Assembly: GCA_963784835.1 (NCBI GenBank) | Contig: CAWASM010000002.1 | Span: 108,930-172,929, forward strand | Direction: 5' to 3' | Length of the DNA: 64,000 nt | DNA from: an uncultured Actinomycetes bacterium | GTDB lineage: Bacteria; Actinomycetota; Thermoleophilia; RBG-16-64-13 | Shown here: positions 11,902 to 21,290 of the stretch, in pieces | Layout of the letters: every line of letters begins with the position of its first letter | Position numbering within the stretch: position 1 is the stretch's first letter | Notes under the pieces: generated by a model | Databases searched by the model: none | Told to the model about the DNA's origin: nothing | Seen by the model: the letters and a program-made list of their open reading frames with translations, nothing else | Translations under genes and position numbers: made by a program

Positions 11902-12734
11902 GTGTCTGAGAGCAAAGACAACGATACTGTCCGTGACGCCGTGCGCGACCGTTACGCAGACATCGTGAAGGTGGGCGGATCGTGCTGCGGCGGCTCGCTC
12001 TGTTGCGGATCTTCGCCAGCCGGAGAAGAAGACCACCAACCATACATCGCCCGCAAAGTGGGGCATGCCGAGTCGCTCAAGCTCGGCTACAGCGAGGAAG
12101 AGCTGGCGGCAGCGCCTGAAGGCGCCAATCTGGGCTTGGGATGCGGCAATCCGCAGGCTATCGCGGCTTTGAAGCCGGGTGAAGTCGTGGTGGATCTAGG
12201 TGCGGGCGCGGGCTTCGACTGCTTCCTAGCCGCACGGGCTGTCGGCCCGGACGGCTTGGTGATAGGGGTGGACATGACCCCAGAGATGGTCGGCAAGGCC
12301 CGCGACAATGCGCGCAAGGCGGGCTACGCCAACGTCGATTTCCGGTTAGGTGAGATCGAGCACCTTCCGGTGGCCGACAAGACCGCGGACGTGATCATCT
12401 CCAACTGCGTGATCAACCTGTCGCCCGACAAGCCGGCGGTGTTCCGGGAGGCGTTCCGGGTGCTGAAGCCGGGCGGTCGTCTTGCGGTAAGCGACGTGGT
12501 GGCTACGGCCGAGTTGCCCCAGGAGTGGCGGGACGACATGCGCCTGCTTTCGGCCTGCATCTCGGGAGCAATCACGTGGACGAAGTGGAGGCGATGCTCA
12601 CGGCTGCCGGTTTCGTCGACATCGACATCCACCCCAAGGAAGAGAGCCGGGAGTTCATCCGCAAATGGGAGCCGGGGACCCGGCTGGAGGACTACGTGCT
12701 GTCGGCCAGCATACAGGCGACAAAGCCACGGTAG
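11902..12734 (+). CDS. arsM: Arsenite S-adenosylmethionine methyltransferase ArsM (frameshift near 12560)
   Basis: N-terminal Cys pairs [13 protein letters not shown]; SAM-binding [11 protein letters not shown]; ...[11 protein letters not shown]...; C-terminal ...[18 protein letters not shown] in a shifted frame. Confidence 0.7.
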
Positions 12735-12770
12735 AGACCTGGCGCGGGCGTAGACGAGAGCGGCTGGGAG

Positions 12771-13507
12771 GTGGAGAAATGGTACGAGACTTTGGCCCTC
12801 TTCTCGGACGTGCACGGCAACCGCCTCGCTCTCTGAGGCAGTTCTGGATGACCTGAAGGCTCGAGAGATCACCAGGCTGTACTGCCTGGGTGATCTGGTC
12901 GGGTACGGTGCCGATCCCAATGGGGTGATCGACCTGATCCGCAGCGGGGGCGTTGAAAGCATCCTCGGCAACTACGACGAGGGGGTCGCCTGGGAAACAG
13001 GCGACTGCGGCTGTTTCTACGGGGACGAGGAGGCCAAGCGGATCGGTGAGGCATCTTACGCCTTCACCGTCGCCGCGGTGACGGCCGAGAGGAAGGCCTA
13101 TCTGCGCACCCTCCCCAGGGAACGACAAATAGAACTCGCCGACAAGAAGGTCCACCTGGTCCATGGCAGCCCGAGTCGCATCAACGAGTATCTGCTCCCG
13201 CGATCGCGACGAGCGGACCTACCAGCGACTGGCGGAGACCGAGTCGGCAGATGTTCTTGCCTTCGGGCACACTCACGACCCCTGGTTCCGCCGGTATGGG
13301 GAGACACTTTTCGTGAACGTAGGTTCAGTGGGGCGACCCAAGGATGGCGACCCTCGCGCGGCCTTCGTGGTTCTGAGATCGTCTGCAGAAGCGTCCGTGG
13401 AAGTGGAAATCGGGCGGGTCGCATACGACGTAGAGGCTGCAGAGGCTGCAGTCCTCGCCGCCGGTCTTCCGGCGGCGCTCGCCGAGGCGCTACGCCAAGG
13501 AAGGTGA
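12771..13507 (+). CDS. Metallophosphoesterase (YfcE/MJ0936-like), frameshifts near 12810 and 13200
   Basis: [10 protein letters not shown] ... [11 protein letters not shown] ... LVHGSP ... AFGHTHDPW motifs over three frames. Confidence 0.55.
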
Positions 13508-13542
13508 CCGGCGCTGACCGGCCCCAAGGAGGTTGAGAACTG

Positions 13543-13977
13543 ATGAGCGACACGCAACAAGAGACCGGCGCGCAAGCGGACGCCGGCACACAGCCGGTGC
13601 TGCCCGGCCTGATCATGTGCGTCTGCACCGGCAAGTGCCCGGGATTCGAGAAGATGGACATCTGGGACTTCATCAACCGGGTGCGCATCGAGCTGCCGGT
13701 GGAGTTCGGGATGATCCACCCACAACTCTGCGAAGAGGATGGAGACCGCTTCCTGGCCGATATCCTGCAGGCCAAGCGGCCGCTGGTCATCGCCGGCTGC
13801 GCCCCCAACATGCAGTACAAGATGTTCCGCGACGCCTTCGCCGCGCAGGGCATGGACGTGAAGAAGGACATGGTCCCGCTCGACATCCGCGACATGACCA
13901 CCGATGAGGCGTTCGAGAAGGTGGCGGCCGCGCTTCGCGAGATGGGCGTCGAGGAGGACGGCGGCGAGGATGGCTGA
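13543..13977 (+). CDS. Cysteine-rich protein (CxC-x3-C ... C ... AGC), possibly MvhD/FlpD-like Fe-S protein
   Basis: LIMCVCTGKCPGF...QLCEEDGD...LVIAGCAPN; assignment tentative. Confidence 0.35.
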   Translation: MSDTQQETGAQADAGTQPVLPGLIMCVCTGKCPGFEKMDIWDFINRVRIELPVEFGMIHPQLCEEDGDRFLADILQAKRPLVIAGCAPNMQYKMFRDAFAAQGMDVKKDMVPLDIRDMTTDEAFEKVAAALREMGVEEDGGEDG

Positions 13978-14262
13978 GAACACCTTCATGGGCGTGCCCC
14001 GGGAGCAAGATCCCCTGGGCGCCCACCATCGACTACGACAAGTGCGACTTCTGCATGGAGTGCGACGAGTTCTGTCCGCACCGGGTCTTCGAGCGGCGCG
14101 AGGGCGACAAGAAGCTGGTGGTGGCCAATCCCGAACAACTGCGTGGTCTTCTGCCGGGCCTGCTCCAAGACCTGCGGCCCCGACGCGCTCTCGTTCCCGG
14201 ACAAGCCGGAGACCGTGGCTCTCATCAAGAAGACTGCACGTTCCGAGGAGGGCGAGGCATGA
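13970..14262 (+). CDS. 2x[4Fe-4S] ferredoxin (frameshifted)
   Basis: CDFCMECDEFCP and CVVFCRACSKTCGP motifs; reading frame breaks twice. Confidence 0.5.
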
Positions 14263-14740
14263 GCTACGTGGTCCTTGCCTGCACGGGTCTCGACAAGGCC
14301 GAGGGTTCGGTGGCCCGCGAAGTGGCCCTTCTGCCTGGCCGAGGAGACCGGAGCGGAGATCGTCTGCCCGGTGGTGCTCAATCGCACGCCGGCCCGCTAC
14401 AAGAAGACGCTCGCCGAGAACCGAGCTGATCGTGGTGGACGGCTGCGCCACCCAGTGCGCGAGCAAGCTGGCCGCAGCCGCGGAGACCAAGCCGGCGCAG
14501 AAGGTGCTGGTCTCCGAGGCGGTGAAGAAGTCGGGCCGCACTCTGGAACCCGAGCTCCGCCTTGGTCCCGATGCTCTCGAGCTTGCCCGAATGATCGTCG
14601 ACGACATCAAGGCGGCCGAAGACTGCCTCGTCCGAGGAAACGCGAGGGGCCGCAGAGAGCAGCCGACGGAGGTGGAGTTCGAAAGCCCGTCGGATTTCAC
14701 CGTGGTCGTCCACGACAAGTACGAGTTCCGCATCCCTTGA
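14259..14740 (+). CDS. DGC-domain protein (paralog 1)
   Basis: VVLACTGLDKAEG ... VVDGCATQCASK. Confidence 0.5.
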
Positions 14741-15126
14741 CCGGCTACTTCTTCAACGCCAACGACGTCTGGGTGCAGGTGGCCGGCACCAGGGCCCGGG
14801 TCGGCATCTCCGACTACATGCAGCAGCGGCTCACCGATATCACCTATGTGGACCCGCCCGAGGTCGGCGACGACCATCGAGCAGTTCGACGAGGTGGGCA
14901 CGGTCGAGTCGACCAAGGCCACCTTCGAGATGGTCTCGCCGGTGAGTGGCACGGTGGTGCGCATCAACGAGGCGGTGGACGACGCGCCCGAATCGATCAA
15001 CGAAGACCCCTACGGCAGCTGGATCGTCGAGCTGGAACTGACCGCCTGGGAGGAGGACCGCGACGTTGCTGGTCGACGGACCGGCCTACGCCGCCGACGT
15101 CGAGCGCAAGGCCGCAGAAGACTGAT
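14737..15126 (+). CDS. Glycine-cleavage H-protein-like lipoyl carrier (frameshifted)
   Basis: VWVQVAGTRARVGISDYMQQRLTDITYVDPPEVGD...IEQFDEVGTVESTKATFEMVSPVSGTVVRINEAVDDAPESINEDPYGSWIV, lipoyl-Lys in ESTKA. Confidence 0.55.
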
Positions 15127-15570
15127 GGGCAAGAGACAGATCGGAGGACAGATGAACGAAGACTCCGACAAGGTGCTCGTGATTCCCTGCAGCGGCATCG
15201 GCAAAGTCCATGGGCTCATCAGCCGGGAGTCCGCCTATCTGGTCACCGACGAGCTTGCCCCGGCCGAGACCGAGGTGGTGTGCTTGGCGCTGCTGGTGAG
15301 GGAAGACGAGGAGACCCTGGCCAAGGTGCGGGCGCATCCCTGCATCACGATCGACGGTTGTGCGAAGGCCTGTGCGCAGAAGAACGTCGAGATCGCCGGT
15401 GGGCAGGTGGCAAAGGCGTTTCAGGTGGCTACGGCTCTCCGGAATCACCGGGGAGCCCAGCCGGGCACCGGGTCGGAGCTCACCGAGGAGGGCTGGGCCA
15501 TCAGTCGGGAGATCGCCGAAGCCGTGGCCGAGACGCCGCCCGAATCTGCGCCGGCGAAGAGGTGGCATGA
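15125..15570 (+). CDS. DGC-domain protein (paralog 2)
   Basis: VLVIPCSGIGK ... ITIDGCAKACAQKN. Confidence 0.45.
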
Positions 15571-15983
15571 TGGCTGCGGAGATGAACAAGACCACGAAGG
15601 TGGGGATCATCTCCTGCAGTGGCGAGGAGATCGCCGAGGGCACCATCTCGCGCAGCGCCGTCCGCAGGGTGCTGGAATCCTTGCGGCCCCACGAGACCGT
15701 GACGCTCTGTCTGCCCCTGTTCCTGGCGGGCAACGAGGGCGAGCGCAACTTCGCCCGGACCCATCCGTCATCACCGATCGACGGATGCGACAAGCAATGC
15801 GCGACGATGGGGCACCGAGAAGCACGGGGCGGCCGGTCGCGCGCGCGCTGGTGGTGTCGGAGATCCTCGGGGGGAGGGCCGCCGGCTGTCAGCGCTCTTC
15901 GCGATCCCAGAGGCCGGCGGACGAGAAGCCGTGCGGTCGTGGCGGCCGAAGAGATCAGCTCGGCGGTCGACGCGCTCCTCTGA
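15567..15983 (+). CDS. DGC-domain protein (paralog 3), frameshifted C-terminus
   Basis: VGIISCSGEEIAEG ... ITIDGCDKQCATM. Confidence 0.45.
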   Translation: MMAAEMNKTTKVGIISCSGEEIAEGTISRSAVRRVLESLRPHETVTLCLPLFLAGNEGERNFARTHPSSPIDGCDKQCATMGHREARGGRSRARWWCRRSSGGGPPAVSALRDPRGRRTRSRAVVAAEEISSAVDALL

Positions 15984-16029
15984 GAGCAGCGAGGTCGTGC
16001 AGAAGGCAGCCTCCGGTGAAGGGTGGAAC

Positions 16030-16419
16030 ATGGACACTCTGGCCGACACCTTCAAGGCGCTCTCTGACGAGACGCGGCTGCAGATCATGACGCTGCTCCT
16101 CGAACGCGAGGAACTCTGCGTCTGCGACTTCGTCGGGGCGCTCGGACTGACCCAGTCGAAGGCTGTCTCGCCACCTCCGCTACCTCTACCATGCCGGGCT
16201 GGTAGAAGGACCGCCGGGAGGGGCTCTGGATGCACTACCGCATCTCGCCCGACTTGCCCAAGGAGCAGGCGACCATCATCGAACGCGCTGTCCCTGGCGG
16301 TCGGGGCGGACCAGAAGCGCGATCTGCGGCAACGGCTGGACGATTGGCTCGCTCTCAAGGACGAAAGACGGACGCCCGACCGGCAGCGAGGGCCAGGCCG
16401 GAGCCTGCTGCTATCCTAG
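16030..16419 (+). CDS. arsR: ArsR/SmtB-family metalloregulator with As(III)-type CVC site (two compensating frameshifts)
   Basis: DETRLQIMTLLLEREELCVCDFVGALGLTQSK ... SRHLRYLYHAGLVE (shifted) ... LWMHYRISPDL. Confidence 0.65.
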   Translation: MDTLADTFKALSDETRLQIMTLLLEREELCVCDFVGALGLTQSKAVSPPPLPLPCRAGRRTAGRGSGCTTASRPTCPRSRRPSSNALSLAVGADQKRDLRQRLDDWLALKDERRTPDRQRGPGRSLLLS

Positions 16420-16427
16420 GAGAAGAA

Positions 16428-18690
16428 ATGCGACCCAAGGAGCGACCATTGAGCGCTAGTCTCCCGGGAAGCGGCGACAGGGTCATCCCCACCTTCTGTC
16501 ATGGCTGCGGGTCGTACAAACCCGTCTGCGGCCTCCTATGTCACGTGAAAGACGGCAAATTCGTCAGAGTGGAAGGCAATCCGGACGCGTTCAACAACGG
16601 CGTTCCCGGTTCCACCTCCCTCTGCGCCAAGGGTCTTACGGGCCCACAGTTCGTGTATGCGGCCGACCGCTTGAAGTACCCCCTCAAGAGGATCGGGCCC
16701 AAGGGCGAGGGCAAGTTCCAGCGCATCACCTGGGACGAGGCTCTGGACACCATCGCCGACAAGTTGAAGGAGACCAAGGCCAAGTACGGTCCGGAGGCCT
16801 ACGGGGTGCTCTCCCCCGAGTATTGGCCGGTGCTCGGCACGCTGGGACGCCGGTTCCTCAACGTGTACGGCAGCCCGAACTACATGCACAGCGCCATCTG
16901 CGCGACACCCCGCATGGCCGCCGCGAAGGTGACCGTCGGCTACATCAGCATGGAGCCGGACGACTGGAACAAGACCAAGCTCTATGTCAATTGGGGTGCG
17001 AACGTCGAGAACTCCGGCGTGAACAAGGGCACCCCCCGGGCCATCCTCGACGCACTTGCGAACGGCATGCAGTACATCGATATCCGCCCGATGCTGGACC
17101 CCTTGGGAGCGAAGGCCGACATGTGGCTGCCGGTGAGGCCGGGCACCGACTGCGCGCTGGCGCTGGCGATGTTGAACGTCCTCATCGGCGAGAGCTTGTA
17201 CGACGCGGACTTCGTGGCGGAGTGGTGCCACGGCTTCGACAAGCTGGCCGAGCTACGTGCGCCGGTTCCCACCAGAATGGGCGGCGCCCATCACCGGCCT
17301 GCCGACACAACAGATCCGCGAGGCCGCCCGCCTCATCGGGACTACCCGCCCGGCGTTCATCAAGATGGGCAACGGCATCGGCGACCAGACCAACGACGGC
17401 ACTTCGACCACCTCGGCTATCTCTCTCATAGCCGCGATAACGGGCAACCTCGACGTACCCGGCGGCCATTTCGCCCCATCCGGCGGCTTTGGGCCGCTCG
17501 CCCCCACCCTGGAAGAGCTAGCTCCTCCCGGCATGGTGGAGAGACTGGTCGCTCCTGAGAGCCCCATGTGGTACCAGAAGAAAGGGTGGTGGGAGAGCGG
17601 ACCGACCACCGCCTATTACAAAGGACTCATGAGCATCCTCACCGGCGAGCCCTACCCGCTCCGCGTGCTCAACGCGAGTTGCTCCAACCCGCTGTCGGCC
17701 ACCCGGAATCCAAAGAAGGTGGCTGAGGCCCTGAAGAAACTCGACTTTATGTTCGTTATGGACGTCTCCCACGCTCCCCACGTCGACTTCGCCGACATCG
17801 TGCTCCCCGCCTGCACGAGCTACGAGCAGGGCGACTTCTTCTGCACCAGGAACACGCGCGAAGGGGTCTGGGTGGGTGGCTACAACAAGGTGGTCGAGCC
17901 TCTGGGTGAGTCGCGCAGCGACTGGCGCTTCTATCTCGACCTGGCCGTGCGCATGGGCTACGGCGAGCACTTCTGGCAGGGCAGCATGGACGGTCTCACC
18001 AACGAGATGCTTGCCCGCTACGGTGTCACCGCGGAGCAGTTGCGGCAGAATCCCGGGGGGATACTGGTAGCCAGGTCCGATCCGCCGGGCGGCGCGCGCG
18101 AGTACCGCAAGTATTCCACCCTCTTCAAAGACCTGCCCCAGGGTAAGGTGCAGTGCTACAACGAGCTGATCGGCGGCCAGGAGAGCTGCGACGAGAGCGG
18201 GCACGCTGCCCTACTTCCCCGTCTACAAGGGCCCGCCCGAAGGACTCGCCGAAACGCCGGGACTGGCGAAGGAGTTCCCGCTGATCCTAAGCGACGTCCA
18301 TGCCCACCGCCTATCCCAGCACAGCTACTTCCACAATGTCGCCTACCTGCGCGAGCTGCAGCCCTATCCCTGGCTCAAGATCAATCCGGCGACTGCGGAG
18401 AAGCACGGCATCGCCGACGGCGACTGGGTGAGAGTCGAGTCCCCGTATGGCTGGTGCAGACTCAAGGCCGAGTACTTCGCTGCCATCAGCCCTGAGGTGC
18501 TGATGACCAAGCGAGGGTGGTGGCAGTCGTGCGAGGAACTGGATCTGCCGGGCTACGGCACCAGCGACGGGGGCAGCGAGGTCAACAACCTCTATAACTC
18601 CGACGAAGAGTTGTTCGACAAGTTCTTCTCGCAGATGGCGAAACAGACGCTGGTCAGGATCAGCAGATGGGAAGAGACTCGGAACTCGAT
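16428..18690 (+). CDS. Molybdopterin (bis-PGD, DMSO-reductase-family) oxidoreductase catalytic subunit; no Tat signal, so cytoplasmic; frameshifts near 17270 and 18210
   Basis: N-terminal Fe-S CHGCGSYKPVCGLLCHVKDGKFVRVEGNPD; conserved MGNGIGDQTND and GDWVRVESPYG domain-IV motifs; RBS AGGAGAAG. Confidence 0.65.
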
Positions 18691-18842
18691 TCAGAATGAA
18701 GATACGACGACAGCCTGCGATGGACGAGTGCGAGGCAAGGACGCAGGAAGCGCTCGTAGTGGTGCTACGTGCGCGACCGAGGACGACGCCTCGTGCCGTC
18801 CAGTGCAGACTCGGCGGCCGCAGCTTCATTTTGAATCGAGTT
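18683..18842. repeat. 19-bp inverted repeat (AACTCGATTCA[G/A]AATGAAG) flanking a 122-bp spacer between the Mo-enzyme subunit genes
   Basis: Arms at 18683-18701 and 18824-18842 with 1 mismatch. Confidence 0.45.
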
Positions 18843-18850
18843 GTCAGGCC

Positions 18851-19312
18851 ATGGTGGAAGGGTACGCATTCAGTCACGATCCCCAGAGATGCATCAAGTG
18901 CTACAGCTGTGAGACGGCCTGCAAACAGTGGAAAGGCGTCGCTGCCGGCACTGTGAAGTTGCGCAGGGTCTACGAGGTCACTACCGGCACTTTCCCGCGG
19001 GTCACGAGGACCTTCCATTCCGTTGCCTGCCAACACTGCCCAGAGCCCCCGTGCGTCGACGCGTGCCCCACAGGAGCCATCGGCAAGACGGCGCCTGACG
19101 GGATCGTCATGGTCGATGCCGGGAAGTGCGACGGTTGCCGGGCATGTCTGGATGCGTGCCCGTTCGGCGTGCCGCAATTCGACCACGACGGCATCCTACA
19201 GCTGTGCGATCAGTGCCTGGACCGGCTGACCGAAGGCAAACGACCTATCTGCAGCGACGCCTGCCCGACCGGTGCGCTTCTACATACCGGGGATGCGGGG
19301 CACCTTACCTAG
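18851..19312 (+). CDS. 4Fe-4S ferredoxin-type electron-transfer subunit of the molybdoenzyme (DmsB/PsrB-like)
   Basis: CIKCYSCETAC, CQHCPEPPCVDACP, CDGCRACLDACP, CDQC...CSDACP cluster motifs. Confidence 0.65.
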   Translation: MVEGYAFSHDPQRCIKCYSCETACKQWKGVAAGTVKLRRVYEVTTGTFPRVTRTFHSVACQHCPEPPCVDACPTGAIGKTAPDGIVMVDAGKCDGCRACLDACPFGVPQFDHDGILQLCDQCLDRLTEGKRPICSDACPTGALLHTGDAGHLT

Positions 19313-20449
19313 CTTGCGCAGCTTGTAGTACCGTCCCCAACTCTTCTTCAGCCAGTGCCCGACAAAGGGCAGCGGGACGAACAGCGCGCGCTTCTCGTCC
19401 CGGTAGACAAATCCGGCGCCGTTTCCCATGTCCATGACGCAGATGATGCACAGCTCGTCGATGTAGCTCCCGCTCCGTCCGCGGCCGGTCTCTTTCCGGA
19501 CGATATCCTCCGCGGCAGTCCGGGCCATCACTTCCGCCATGTGACCCTGCTTGGCCTTCCACTCAGGTCCCTCCAAGGCGGCCATATCGCCGATAGCGTA
19601 AAGCCAGGGATACCCCTTCACCTCGCATGCCTGGTCTATCAGGACAAAGCCGGCTTCGTTTCGCGGGAGGTCTGAGGACTCCATGACGCCGTGGCCGGCT
19701 CCCGCGGGGATGAACATCACTAGATCCGCCTCGATCCTGGTCCCATCCTCCAGGACGACTGCGCCTTCCACGAACTCGCTTATCTTCTTGCCAGTGTAGG
19801 AACGGATGTCAAGAGACGGGAGCATGCGGTCCATGGCGCGCACCGCTTTCTCCCCCATCCGAATACCGGGTTGAGGCATGGGCGCGAAGAAGACAAGGTC
19901 GAAATCCTTACGGATCCCCAGCTTCTTCAACCGATGGTGCACGTTGAACAGAAATTCGAACCCGGGACCGCCCCGCACGGCGCTGCTGTCCTTCGGATTG
20001 CCCCCGAAACCGACCGCGATCGTCCCGCTGCCCGCGGCGATGAGTGCGTCCAGTCGCTCGCGCACGCGAGTGCTTTCCTCAGGAGCACCGCAGATGGAGA
20101 GCGTGTGCTCCTTGCCTTTGTGCGGCATCTTGGCGGCGCCAAGAGCCAGTACCAGATAGTCGAAGTCCTGGCGTTCTCCGCCGTCCTTGAGCGTAAAGCT
20201 GCGTCCGGCGGCGCTGACCGCTGTGACCTGGTCAACGGTGATCTGGAACCCATGCGCCCGGGCGATATCGGCAAGTCCGATGCTCACCCGCTCGACCGAC
20301 CGTTCTCCCGTGGGGATCCAGATGGCAAGCGGATAGACGAAGAGGTAGTCCCTGTCGGAGACCAGTTCGACTGCGAAGCCCTTCTTCTTCAGCTCGATGG
20401 CGGCCTCTACCCCGCCGATGCCCCCACCCAAAACGACTGCGCGCTTCAT
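19280..20449 (-). CDS. FAD-dependent NAD(P)H-disulfide-oxidoreductase-fold flavoprotein, SQR/NDH-2-like
   Basis: MKRAVVLGGGIGGVEAA Rossmann motif; ...WLYAIGDMAA...; intact 389 aa. Confidence 0.55.
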   Translation of the reverse strand: MKRAVVLGGGIGGVEAAIELKKKGFAVELVSDRDYLFVYPLAIWIPTGERSVERVSIGLADIARAHGFQITVDQVTAVSAAGRSFTLKDGGERQDFDYLVLALGAAKMPHKGKEHTLSICGAPEESTRVRERLDALIAAGSGTIAVGFGGNPKDSSAVRGGPGFEFLFNVHHRLKKLGIRKDFDLVFFAPMPQPGIRMGEKAVRAMDRMLPSLDIRSYTGKKISEFVEGAVVLEDGTRIEADLVMFIPAGAGHGVMESSDLPRNEAGFVLIDQACEVKGYPWLYAIGDMAALEGPEWKAKQGHMAEVMARTAAEDIVRKETGRGRSGSYIDELCIICVMDMGNGAGFVYRDEKRALFVPLPFVGHWLKKSWGRYYKLRKLGKVPRIPGM

Positions 20450-20542
20450 TTCTGACTCACCTTCGCTTTCAGCCTCTGGCCACTTCAGACCAGACTAAGT
20501 ATAATGCACCAATGTGCAAAACTACCAGGTGGGAGAAGAGCC

Positions 20543-21262
20543 TTGGCGCGACCAGCGAAATGGCGCTGTCTGGAGTGTCTTCCGGGGGCGAAAGCCTTCG
20601 GCCCTGCCGGAGTGCCCGTGGGAAGACTCGAGAAAGTGCGTCTGGCTTTTGACGAACTCGAGGCGCTCCGACTGCTCCACCTGGAGGGAGCCACGCAAGC
20701 GGAGGCGGCGCGGAGACTGGGCGTGTCGCGCTCCACGGTCAGCCGGATGGCCGAACGAGCGCACCACACTGTCACCGAAGCCTTGGTCTTCGGCAAAGCA
20801 GTGTGCGTCGAGGGCGGACCTGTGACGGTAGTGCGGATCGGGGAGGCTCCGGAGGGCGCCCCCCGCGACGGCATGGAGACGAACACAAACAGCACCGACG
20901 AAGGAGGAGACAGAATGTTCATTGCAGTGCCTTATCTAGAGGGGAACGTGAACGCGCACTTCGGTAGCACCCAGGCCTTCCTGTTGGCGGAGGTGGTCGA
21001 CGGCAAGGTGACGGGGACGTCGATCTTTGAAGTCCAGGGCATGCAGCACAACCACTCAGGCATAGCAGGGTTCTTGAAGGAGCAAGGGGTGGAGGTCATC
21101 CTGGCCGGAGGCATGGGCGCGCCGATGCAACAGGCACTCAAGGCCCAGGGGTTCAGCCTCTACTGCGGTGTCGCCGGACCGGCTCTTGAGGCAGTGGATG
21201 CCTATCTGCGCGGAGCGATAGAGCAAAGCGAAAGCACCTGCGGACATCATCACGGGGAGTAG
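20543..21262 (+). CDS. DUF134 (UPF0251) DNA-binding domain fused to a NifX/NifB-type FeMo-cofactor-binding domain
   Basis: RPAKWRCLECLPGAKAFGPAGVP...LEALRLLHLEGATQAEAARRLGVSRSTVSR then MFIAVPYLEGNVNAHFGSTQAFLLAEV...VILAGGMGAPM; TTG start after a GGGAGAAG RBS; TATAAT at 20497-20502. Confidence 0.5.
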   Translation: MARPAKWRCLECLPGAKAFGPAGVPVGRLEKVRLAFDELEALRLLHLEGATQAEAARRLGVSRSTVSRMAERAHHTVTEALVFGKAVCVEGGPVTVVRIGEAPEGAPRDGMETNTNSTDEGGDRMFIAVPYLEGNVNAHFGSTQAFLLAEVVDGKVTGTSIFEVQGMQHNHSGIAGFLKEQGVEVILAGGMGAPMQQALKAQGFSLYCGVAGPALEAVDAYLRGAIEQSESTCGHHHGE

Positions 21263-21290
21263 CAGAGCAACTTCCAGAAAGGAACGAGTC

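Noticed and set aside
13543-13977. Assignment of the Cys-rich protein as bona fide MvhD/FlpD
   Set aside because: Only the spacing of four Cys residues loosely fits (CxC...C...AGC versus FCCNWC...CSGR...AGCH). It is kept as tentative rather than called.
16428-17558. Possible selenocysteine (in-frame TGA) in the molybdoenzyme
   Set aside because: The first ~280 residues read through without any TGA. The breaks further on are frameshifts rather than single in-frame TGA codons.
20504-20542. ATG at 20504 as the start of the DUF134-NifX protein
   Set aside because: That ATG lies inside the TATAAT box. The family consensus (RPRKCRRV...) aligns from the TTG at 20543, which has a proper RBS.
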